Part shown: piece after piece, positions 17,518 through 32,134 of the stretch
Layout: every line of letters begins with the position of its first letter
Position numbering within the stretch: the stretch's first letter is position 1
Source: an uncultured Pseudomonadota bacterium
Lineage (GTDB): Bacteria > Pseudomonadota > Alphaproteobacteria > JACZXZ01
DNA length: 64,000 nt
Direction: 5' to 3'
Assembly (NCBI GenBank): GCA_963749075.1
Contig: CAVVLJ010000017.1
Location: 1,024,001 to 1,088,000, forward strand
Program-made: the position numbers and the translations under genes
The notes under the pieces: model-generated
Seen by the model: only the letters and a program-made list of their open reading frames with translations
Told to the model about the DNA's origin: nothing
Databases searched by the model: none

Positions 17518-18105
17518 ATGGCCAAGCTCTCCTCCGTCTGCGTCTATTGCGGCTCCTCGCCCGGCCATGACGCGCGCCACCGGGAGGCGGCGGCGCTGCT
17601 CGGCAGGCTCCTCGCGGAGCGCGGCATCGCACTCGTCTACGGCGGCGGCGGGGTCGGGCTCATGGGCGCCCTCGCGGCGGCGAGCCTTGCCGCGGGCGGC
17701 GAGGTGATCGGCGTCATCCCGGACTTTCTGCGGAAGAGGGAGCAGGGCCGCATCGTGCCCACCCGCATCGAGGTGGTCGCCAGCATGCACGAGCGCAAGG
17801 AGCGCATGTTCGCGCTCTCCGACGCCTTCATCGTGCTGGCGGGCGGCCTCGGCACCCTCGACGAGACCTTCGAGGTGCTGACCTGGAAGCAGCTCGGCCT
17901 CCACGACAAGCCGATCGCACTCGTCGACATCGACGGCTATTGGCAGCCGCTCGTGCGCATGCTCGAGCGCGTCGTCGAGGCCGGCTTCGCCGATGCCCGC
18001 ATCCTGCGCCGGTTCCTCGTCGCGACGAGCGTCGAGGCGGCGCTCGCGGCGATCCTCGCGGCACCGCGCGCGGCCAAGCCGGCAGCGCCGCCCGAGCGCC
18101 TCTAA
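17518..18105 (+). CDS. LOG-family nucleotide phosphoribohydrolase (TIGR00730-like)
   Basis: [24 protein letters not shown] and GGLGTLDE motifs. Confidence 0.9.
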   Translation: MAKLSSVCVYCGSSPGHDARHREAAALLGRLLAERGIALVYGGGGVGLMGALAAASLAAGGEVIGVIPDFLRKREQGRIVPTRIEVVASMHERKERMFALSDAFIVLAGGLGTLDETFEVLTWKQLGLHDKPIALVDIDGYWQPLVRMLERVVEAGFADARILRRFLVATSVEAALAAILAAPRAAKPAAPPERL

Positions 18106-18196
18106 CAACGCCTTTAACCGTAGCGCCTCTCGCCCCCTTGCGCGAGGCCGGCGGGATGCTATTGTCGCGCCGCCGGGCAACCCGAAGGATCGCGCG

Positions 18197-19414
18197 ATGA
18201 CGAAGATCAAGGTCAAGAACCCCATCGTCGAGCTCGATGGGGACGAGATGACGCGCATCATCTGGCAGCTCATCCGCGAGCGCCTCATCCTCCCCTACCT
18301 CGACGTCGAGCTCAAATACTACGATCTCGGGGTCGAGAGCCGCGACCGCACCGACGACCAGATCACCGTGGACGCGGCGCGCGCGATCAAGCAGCACGGC
18401 GTCGGCGTCAAGTGCGCCACCATCACGCCCGACGAGGCGCGCGTCGAGGAGTTCAAGCTCAAGAAGATGTGGCGCTCGCCCAACGGCACCATCCGCAACA
18501 TCCTCGACGGCACCGTGTTCCGCGAGCCGATCATCTGCAAGAACGTGCCCCGTCTCGTGCCCAACTGGACGCGGCCGATCGTCATCGGCCGTCACGCCTT
18601 CGGCGACCAGTACCGCGCCACCGACTTCAAGGTACCGGGCCCCGGCAAGCTCACCATCACCTTCGCGCCCAAGGGCGGCGGTGCCCCGCAGGTGCACGAG
18701 GTGTTCGATTTCGAGGGCAGCGGCGTGGCGATGGCCATGTACAACGTCGACGAGTCGATCCGCGGCTTCGCGCGCGCCTCGTTCAATTACGCGCTGACGC
18801 TCGGCTTCCCCCTCTACATGTCGACCAAGAACACCATCCTCAAGGCCTATGACGGGCGCTTCAAGGACATCTTCCAGGAGATCTACGAGCAGGAATTCAA
18901 GGGCAAGTTCGCGGCCGCGAAGCTGACCTACGAGCACCGCCTCATCGACGACATGGTGGCCTCGGCGCTCAAGTGGCACGGCGGCTTCGTCTGGGCCTGC
19001 AAGAACTACGACGGCGACGTGCAGTCCGATACCGTGGCCCAGGGCTACGGCTCGCTCGGCCTCATGACCTCCGTGCTGCTCGCACCCGACGGCAAGACCG
19101 TCGAGGCCGAGGCGGCGCACGGCACGGTCACGCGCCACTACCGGCTCTGGCAGCAGGGCAAGGAGACCTCGACGAACCCCATCGCCTCGATCTTCGCCTG
19201 GACGCGCGGCTTGCGCTACCGCGGCCAGTTCGACGGCACGCCCGAGGTCGTGCGCTTCGCCGAGACGCTCGAGCGCGTCTGCGTCGAGACGGTCGAGGCG
19301 GGGAAGATGACCAAGGACCTCGCGGTCCTCATCGGCCCCGACCACCCCTATCTCGAGACGCGCGCCTTCCTCGGCGCGATCGACGCCAACCTCAAGGCCG
19401 CCGTGGCGGCGTGA
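18197..19414 (+). CDS. icd: NADP-dependent isocitrate dehydrogenase
   Basis: [30 protein letters not shown] and [12 protein letters not shown]. Confidence 0.97.
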   Translation: MTKIKVKNPIVELDGDEMTRIIWQLIRERLILPYLDVELKYYDLGVESRDRTDDQITVDAARAIKQHGVGVKCATITPDEARVEEFKLKKMWRSPNGTIRNILDGTVFREPIICKNVPRLVPNWTRPIVIGRHAFGDQYRATDFKVPGPGKLTITFAPKGGGAPQVHEVFDFEGSGVAMAMYNVDESIRGFARASFNYALTLGFPLYMSTKNTILKAYDGRFKDIFQEIYEQEFKGKFAAAKLTYEHRLIDDMVASALKWHGGFVWACKNYDGDVQSDTVAQGYGSLGLMTSVLLAPDGKTVEAEAAHGTVTRHYRLWQQGKETSTNPIASIFAWTRGLRYRGQFDGTPEVVRFAETLERVCVETVEAGKMTKDLAVLIGPDHPYLETRAFLGAIDANLKAAVAA

Positions 19415-19460
19415 CGCGCGGCGGCGGCTCCCGTAAAACAACCGCCGGAGAGAGACTGCC

Positions 19461-20438
<978 letters not shown>

Positions 20439-20464
20439 GGCGGGCCCCGATCATTGCTCCGTTG

Positions 20465-20570
20465 ACCCCCCACCCCAACCCTCCCCCTCAAGGGGGGAGG
20501 GCGTTCATTGTGTAAGCCTGCCAACCTTTTCTTCCCCTCCCCCCTTGAGGGGGAGGGTAGGGAGGGGGGT
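20465..20570. repeat. Inverted pair of REP-like palindromic elements between convergent genes
   Basis: 20465-20501 and 20535-20570 are near-identical reverse complements, each with an internal CCCTCCCCC-TCAA-GGGGGGAGGG hairpin. Confidence 0.75.
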
Positions 20571-20599
20571 CGGGCCGCACGACTGCCGGAGGATAGGCC

Positions 20600-21775
20600 C
20601 TACCTCCTCAGCTCGCGCATGGCGCGGTCGAGGCCGTCGATGGTGAGGGGGTACATGCGGGCACCCATCAGGCGCTCGATCATCTCGATCGAGGCGGTGT
20701 AGCCCCACTCCCGCTCGGGCACCGGGTTGAGCCAGACCGCGCGCTCGTAGGTGTGCAGCAGGCGCTGCAGCCAGAGCTGGCCGGGCTCCTCGTTCCAATG
20801 CTCGACGCTGCCGCCGGGTGCCGTGATCTCGTAGGGGCTCATCGAGGCGTCGCCGACCAGGATGAGCTTGTAGTCCGAGGGATAGGTGTGGAGGAGGTCG
20901 AGGCTGGCCAGGCGCTCGAGGTTGCGCCGGCGGTTGTCCTTCCACACCGTCTCGTAGACGCAGTTGTGGAAATAGAAGAACTCGAGGTGCTTGAACTCGC
21001 TGCGCGCCGCCGAGAAGAGCTCCTCGCACAGCTTGACGTGGGGGAACATCGAGCCGCCCACGTCGAGGAGGAGCAGCACCTTGACCGCATTGTGCCGCTC
21101 CGGCACGAACTTGAGGTCGAGGTAGCCGGCGTTCTTCGCCGTGGCGCGGATGGTATCGGGGAGGTCGAGCTCGTCCTCCGCCCCCTCGCGCGCGAAACGG
21201 CGCAGCCGCCGCAAGGCCACCTTGATGTTGCGCGTGCCGAGCTCGACCTGATCGTCGAGGTTCCTGAACTCGCGCTTGTCCCACACCTTGACCGCGCGGT
21301 TGTTGCGGTTCCCGTCCTGGCCGATGCGGATACCCTCGGGATTGTAGCCGTAGGCGCCATAGGGGGACCTTCCGGCGGTGCCGACCCACTTCGCCCCGCC
21401 CTGGTGGCGCCCCTTCTGCTCGGCCAAGCGCTGGCGCAGCGTCTCGAGCAGCTTCTCGAGGCCGCCCATAGCCTCGACCAGCGCCTTCTCCTCCTCGCTC
21501 AAGACGAGCTCGGCGAGCTTCTTGAGCCATTCCTCGGGGATCTCCACCGTCTCCTCGGGCGGCACCTCAAGGCCCTTGAAGCAGTGGCCGAAGACGCGGT
21601 CGAACTTGTCGAGATGGCGCTCGTCCTTCACGAGGGCCGAGCGGGAGAGGTAGTAGAAATCCTCCATGCGGTAATCGGCGAGCCCCGCCTTGACCGCCTC
21701 GATGAGGGTCAGGTACTCGCGCAGCGAGACCGGCACGCGGGCGTGGCGCAGCTCGAGGAAGAACTGGGCGAACAC
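20600..21775 (-). CDS. VWA-domain (CoxE-like) partner of a MoxR ATPase
   Basis: LDVGGSM MIDAS-like motif, VGDASMSPYE and VWLNP; downstream of the MoxR ATPase. Confidence 0.85.
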   Translation of the reverse strand: MFAQFFLELRHARVPVSLREYLTLIEAVKAGLADYRMEDFYYLSRSALVKDERHLDKFDRVFGHCFKGLEVPPEETVEIPEEWLKKLAELVLSEEEKALVEAMGGLEKLLETLRQRLAEQKGRHQGGAKWVGTAGRSPYGAYGYNPEGIRIGQDGNRNNRAVKVWDKREFRNLDDQVELGTRNIKVALRRLRRFAREGAEDELDLPDTIRATAKNAGYLDLKFVPERHNAVKVLLLLDVGGSMFPHVKLCEELFSAARSEFKHLEFFYFHNCVYETVWKDNRRRNLERLASLDLLHTYPSDYKLILVGDASMSPYEITAPGGSVEHWNEEPGQLWLQRLLHTYERAVWLNPVPEREWGYTASIEMIERLMGARMYPLTIDGLDRAMRELRR

Positions 21776-21788
21776 GGCGCCCAGCCCG

Positions 21789-22637
<849 letters not shown>

Positions 22638-22657
22638 GGGGTCTCCCGGCTTGCTGG

Positions 22658-25303
<2,646 letters not shown>

Positions 25304-25532
25304 GGCGCTCTTTATCTGGGTCATGCCGCCTCGGGAGCCAAGGGCAGAGGCGTGAGGAAGGCCGGAGGTGAACGGGCGTTTCTACCGCGCTTGGCGCCAA
25401 GCTGTCCAGAAGTGCCGTCGCAAGGCGCGCCGATATTGATCGCCAGCGAGGCGCCGGCCAAGATGGAGGCCGCGCGGCCGAGCGATTTGCCGAAGCCACG
25501 GGCGCGCGAGGCCGCCTTATAGGGGAGCGAGG

Positions 25533-26453
25533 ATGACAGCGGCAACGGATGACGACGGCATGCCGGAGCTCCCTCCGATCGAGGGTTATCTCCACTCGCT
25601 CGCGACCGAGCTGCAGCTGCCGGAGGCGGCCATCGCGGCGTGCACGCTGCGCTTCGCGGAAGCGGGACCGACGCTGCGCGCGGTGCTCGCGCGCGCGGCC
25701 GATGGCGAGGCGCTCGGCGAGGACGACGCGATGCTCCTCTTCCGCGGCCTCTATATTCTCGGCGCCCGCCGCGATGCGCAGGCTTTTGCACCGCTCTTGC
25801 GCCTGCTGCGCCGCCCCGACGAGGAGGTCGAATGGCTGCTCGGCGACGCCGTGACGATTGGCTTGGCGCGCATCGTGGCCGGCGTCTTCGACGGCGATGC
25901 CGAGGCCCTCTTCGCGGCGACCGCCGAGCGCGCGCTCGACCAGTTCATCCGCGAGGCGCTCTTGGGCGCCGCCGCCTTTCTTGCCTGGGAGGGGCGCATC
26001 GCGGGCGAGGCGATGGTGCGCTTTCTCGAGCGCTTCTACGAGGAGCGCCTGGCGGACGACGACGACATGGCCTGGATCGGCTGGCTCGAGTCGATCGCCT
26101 TGCTCGGGCTGCGGCCGCAGGCGCCTCTCGTCGAGCGCGCCTGGCAGGAGGGGCGCATCCCCGAAGGCGTTCTCGAGCGCAAGCACTTCGCGGCGGACCT
26201 CGCCCGCGCCGAGGCGGCGCCCGACGACATCGCGCGTTTCGAGGAGGCCAATCGCGGTTATATCGAGGACGTGCTCGAGGCGCTCGCCTGGACCAGGCGT
26301 TCCGACGGGGACGAGGCGGAGGAGCTCCCGCCGTCCGACGCCTGGCCAACCACCGTCGAGCCCGCCGTCAATCCCTGGCGCCACGTCGGGCGCAACGATC
26401 CCTGCCCCTGCGGCAGCGGCAAGAAAGCCAAGCGCTGCTGTCTCGCCAGATGA
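25533..26453 (+). CDS. DUF1186-like helical protein with C-terminal SEC-C motif
   Basis: VGRNDPCPCGSGKKAKRCC at the C-terminus; acidic helical N-domain (LLGDAVT). Confidence 0.8.
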   Translation: MTAATDDDGMPELPPIEGYLHSLATELQLPEAAIAACTLRFAEAGPTLRAVLARAADGEALGEDDAMLLFRGLYILGARRDAQAFAPLLRLLRRPDEEVEWLLGDAVTIGLARIVAGVFDGDAEALFAATAERALDQFIREALLGAAAFLAWEGRIAGEAMVRFLERFYEERLADDDDMAWIGWLESIALLGLRPQAPLVERAWQEGRIPEGVLERKHFAADLARAEAAPDDIARFEEANRGYIEDVLEALAWTRRSDGDEAEELPPSDAWPTTVEPAVNPWRHVGRNDPCPCGSGKKAKRCCLAR

Positions 26454-26576
26454 GCGGCTGCGGGACTTTGCTCGGAGGCTAGAGACGTGCCGTGCCGCAG
26501 CGCCGGCGGGCGATCCGGGATCGCCCGCCGCTGCCGCGTCACGCCGGCGCCCGGGTGAGGCGCCGTCAGGGGAACC

Positions 26577-27659
<1,083 letters not shown>

Positions 27660-27742
27660 GCCTGCCTCCTTATCCCACGAGTGCCTCAGGGCACGCAACG
27701 CGCGCGAGGGGAGCCGGCGCCGAGGCGTGCATCGAGCTCATT

Positions 27743-27773
27743 GTACATATTTTGTTCTGTTCCGCAAGTGTTC
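27743..27773 (-). promoter_or_regulatory. Two tandem alphaproteobacterial LexA (SOS) boxes upstream of recA
   Basis: GTAC-N7-GTTC at 27743-27757 and GTTC-N7-GTTC at 27759-27773 (GAAC-N7-GTAC and GAAC-N7-GAAC on the coding strand). Confidence 0.85.
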
Positions 27774-27871
27774 TTGCAACATGTGTTTTGCAAAGTAAAA
27801 TCAATATGTTATTAATTTGGCGGCAGCGGCCGGCAGCGAAATTGGCGTTAAGGCCGAGGAGGCCTCTGGCC

Positions 27872-28291
27872 CTATTCGTCGCGCTGGGTGCGCTCGAGGC
27901 GCTCGTGGCGCTCCTGCGCCTCGAGGCTGAGCGTGGCGATCGGGCGGGCCTCGAGGCGGCGCAGGCTGATCGGCTCCGCGGACTCCTCGCAATAGCCGTA
28001 GGTGCCCTCCTCGATGCGCCGGAGCGCGTCGTCGATCTTGGAGATGAGCTTGCGCTCGCGGTCGCGCGTCCGGAGCTCGAGCGAGCGGTCGGTCTCGAGC
28101 GAGGCGCGGTCGGCGATGTCGGGCTCGGCCAGGCTCTCCTGCTGCAGGTGGACGAGGGTCTGGGAGGATTCGCGCAGCAGATCCTCGCGCCAGCGCAACA
28201 GCTTCTGGCGGAAGTACTCCCGCTGCAACTCGCTCATGAAGGGCTCTTTCTCGGTCGGACGGTAGTCGGGAGGAATCGACGGCCGGATCAT
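27872..28291 (-). CDS. dksA: RNA polymerase-binding protein DksA
   Basis: [32 protein letters not shown] and LEARPIATL. Confidence 0.95.
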   Translation of the reverse strand: MIRPSIPPDYRPTEKEPFMSELQREYFRQKLLRWREDLLRESSQTLVHLQQESLAEPDIADRASLETDRSLELRTRDRERKLISKIDDALRRIEEGTYGYCEESAEPISLRRLEARPIATLSLEAQERHERLERTQRDE

Positions 28292-28534
28292 TCGTTGCTC
28301 CAAACGCCCAGGACCTGGAACGGGCCGCACTATAGGGAGGCGAATGGCCTCCAGCAAGAGGAGAGGAAGCCGCCCGGACATCACATAATTGCGCGCCTCG
28401 AGAGGCCGCGCGCGCCCCCTCCCGCCTCGGCTAAGCCTTTGACTTGCTTGCACGCGACCCTGCCGTGCTATAACCCTCGCCCGGCCGCGCAGGGGCGTGC
28501 CGGCGGCGCCCGAAGTGCCGCCCAAGGGGACGAC

Positions 28535-28987
28535 ATGAAGCCGAAGATCCTGGTCCTCAACGGGCCCAATCTCAACCTGCTCGGCCAGCGCGAGCCCGAG
28601 CTCTACGGCTCGGACACGCTGGCCGACATCGAGCGGGCCATGCGCGCGCGCGCGGACGCCCTCGGGCTCGCCCTCGACTTCCGCCAGTCGAACCACGAGG
28701 GCGAGCTCGTCGAGTGGATCCACGAGGCGCGCGAGAGCGCCCAGGGCATCGTCATCAACCCGGCCGCCTATACCACCACCTCGATCGCCATCCTCGACGC
28801 GCTCCTCGCCTGCCCGGCGCCCATCATCGAGGTCCACCTCACCAACATCCACAAGCGCGAGCGCTTCCGCCAGCACTCCTACGTGTCGCGCGTGGCGCGG
28901 GGCGTGCTCTGCGGCTTCGGCGCCCACGGCTATCTCCTCGCCCTCGAGGCGCTGGCCAAGCTCGTGCAGCCGCCGCCAGGTGCCTGA
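28535..28987 (+). CDS. aroQ: Type II 3-dehydroquinate dehydratase
   Basis: [23 protein letters not shown] and [11 protein letters not shown]. Confidence 0.96.
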   Translation: MKPKILVLNGPNLNLLGQREPELYGSDTLADIERAMRARADALGLALDFRQSNHEGELVEWIHEARESAQGIVINPAAYTTTSIAILDALLACPAPIIEVHLTNIHKRERFRQHSYVSRVARGVLCGFGAHGYLLALEALAKLVQPPPGA

Positions 28988-29439
28988 TGGCCGAGCCGGG
29001 CAAGCCCCAAATCGACAGCGAGCTCGTCCACCGCCTGGCGCGGCTCCTCGAGGAGACCGGCCTCTCCGAGCTCGAGTACGCGACCGACCATTGGCGCATC
29101 CGCGTGGCGCGCCAGACGGCTCCGGCCGCGGCGGTAGCGTGCGCGCCGCCGGCCGCAGCCGCACCCGCCGCGGCGCCGGCCGAGGCGGTTCCCGACGCGG
29201 CGCACCCGGGCGCCGTGCTCTCGCCCATGGTCGGCACGGTCTATCTCCTGCCCGAGCCGGGTGCCGCCCCCTTCGTCAAGGTGGGCGACCAGGTGAAGGC
29301 CGGCGCCACGCTCCTCATCGTCGAGGCGATGAAGGTGATGAACCCGGTGGCAGCGCCGCGCGCCGGCCGCGTCGTCAAGATCCTGGTCGAGAACGGCGCC
29401 CCCGTCGAGTACGGCGCCGCGCTCATGATCATCGAATAG
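28987..29439 (+). CDS. accB: Acetyl-CoA carboxylase biotin carboxyl carrier protein
   Basis: SPMVGT and EAMKVMN biotinylation motif; Ala/Pro linker. Confidence 0.95.
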   Translation: MAEPGKPQIDSELVHRLARLLEETGLSELEYATDHWRIRVARQTAPAAAVACAPPAAAAPAAAPAEAVPDAAHPGAVLSPMVGTVYLLPEPGAAPFVKVGDQVKAGATLLIVEAMKVMNPVAAPRAGRVVKILVENGAPVEYGAALMIIE

Positions 29440-29461
29440 CCGCCGGCCGGAGGCACCTCCC

Positions 29462-30805
<1,344 letters not shown>

Positions 30806-30856
30806 GCGGAGGGGAAAATGCCCGATGGGCAAAAGTGACCGCGCGTCGCAGCCGCA

Positions 30857-31810
30857 TCACGCTTCTTGCGGCGGCTCTTGCGACGGCTTGAGAAACTCCC
30901 GCTGCACCCACTGCATGCGCTTCGCGAACTGGACCAGGGCCTCATCCCCGCCGAATTCCACGATCGTCCCCTCTCCGAAGTAGAAATGGCGCACGCGCTC
31001 GCCGATCGAGAGTGCGGGCCGCGTCGGCTCGCCTGGCGGACCGGCCGTGGCCTCGGCGGCAGGCGGCTCGCCCGAGCGAATGACGATGACCGCGGTACCC
31101 GCGGCCTCGTCGTAGAAGGCATCCCGGCGGCGCACGATCTGAACGGCGGCGAAGAGCGTGGCGGCCGACAGGACCAGGCCGGCCGCGACATCGCCGAGGA
31201 GGAAAGGGGTGCTCAGGAGGCTGAAGCTCGGCAGCAGCGAGCCATAGGCCTGGAGAGCCAGTGCCGGCAGGAACGGCAGGAGCAGCAGGAGATTCCGCTT
31301 GGCCGCGGCGCCGACCCGCAGCGTCCCGGGCGTCCCTTCGACAACGCGGACCCGCGTCGCGCGCTTGCCGACCGTCTGGCCATTCCGCCGCTCGAGCACG
31401 ATGCGGTAGAGGAACAGCAACGGCAGCCAGAGCAAGTCCATCGAGAAACCGCGCACCGGCTTGCCGTCCGCATCGGCCATGAAGACGAACCACACGTTCT
31501 TGGCGATGCGGCCCTCCCGCGTCGACCGGCCGATCGTCACCGTGCGCGCCACCGGCAGGCCGAAGAACGTGCTCACGCAGTCGAGCGCGTAATTCGCCGC
31601 GAAATCCGGCGGGACGCGCAGCTCTGCGGGAGGGGAGGCAAGGCGTCTGCAGCTGCGAAATTCCAAGCCGCCGCCGTATTGGACCAGACCGTTCGTCAGC
31701 GGGAAGGCGGCGAGGGCCGCCACTTGAAGCAAGACCACGATGATCAGGACGTCGATGAGGAAAGCGCCGGCGCGCCGCCAGAACCCGCCCCGCTCGCCCG
31801 CCGGGATCAT
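30857..31810 (-). CDS. RDD-family membrane protein with a small C-terminal Tudor/KOW-like domain
   Basis: FWRRAGAFLID, GQTVGKR---VRVV and YD--AGT-V RDD motifs; tail IGERVRHFYFGEGTI. Confidence 0.75.
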   Translation of the reverse strand: MIPAGERGGFWRRAGAFLIDVLIIVVLLQVAALAAFPLTNGLVQYGGGLEFRSCRRLASPPAELRVPPDFAANYALDCVSTFFGLPVARTVTIGRSTREGRIAKNVWFVFMADADGKPVRGFSMDLLWLPLLFLYRIVLERRNGQTVGKRATRVRVVEGTPGTLRVGAAAKRNLLLLLPFLPALALQAYGSLLPSFSLLSTPFLLGDVAAGLVLSAATLFAAVQIVRRRDAFYDEAAGTAVIVIRSGEPPAAEATAGPPGEPTRPALSIGERVRHFYFGEGTIVEFGGDEALVQFAKRMQWVQREFLKPSQEPPQEA

Positions 31811-31912
31811 CCGAAGCGCTTCGGCTTGCCGGGTTCCACGATCGCGCTCTCGGCTGCACGGCGGTTGCCCTCGATGGTGCCGAGGGTGCCCAAGTCTAGA
31901 TGATCCGGCAGT

Positions 31913-31968
31913 CCCAAGATAGCTGGCCCAAGATAGCTGGCCCAAGATAGCTGCCCCAAGATAGCTGC
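31913..31968. repeat. Tandem repeat, 4 x 14 bp CCCAAGATAGCTG(G/C)
   Basis: Read directly in the divergent intergenic region between the RDD gene and tssH. Confidence 0.95.
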
Positions 31969-32030
31969 GGCTCGTCGCGATGACGCGGGCCGCAGCGCGC
32001 GGCCGGCTCGGCGCACCGCGGAGAGCGGTC

Positions 32031-32060
32031 TTGCAAGCGCGCCGGCAACGGGGCTATAAA
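32031..32060 (+). promoter_or_regulatory. Possible sigma70 promoter for tssH (TTGCAA-N18-TATAAA)
   Basis: Partial consensus match about 75 bp upstream of tssH. Confidence 0.35.
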
Positions 32061-32134
32061 ATCCGCATCGACACCCGCTTTCGGCAAGCAAGAAACCAGC
32101 GGTTGCAATCCGTCGGCTGCGTTGAGGGGGGCAG

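Noticed and set aside
31913-31968. Possible CRISPR array
   Set aside because: Units are 14 bp, contiguous, with no spacers, and no cas genes are in the window
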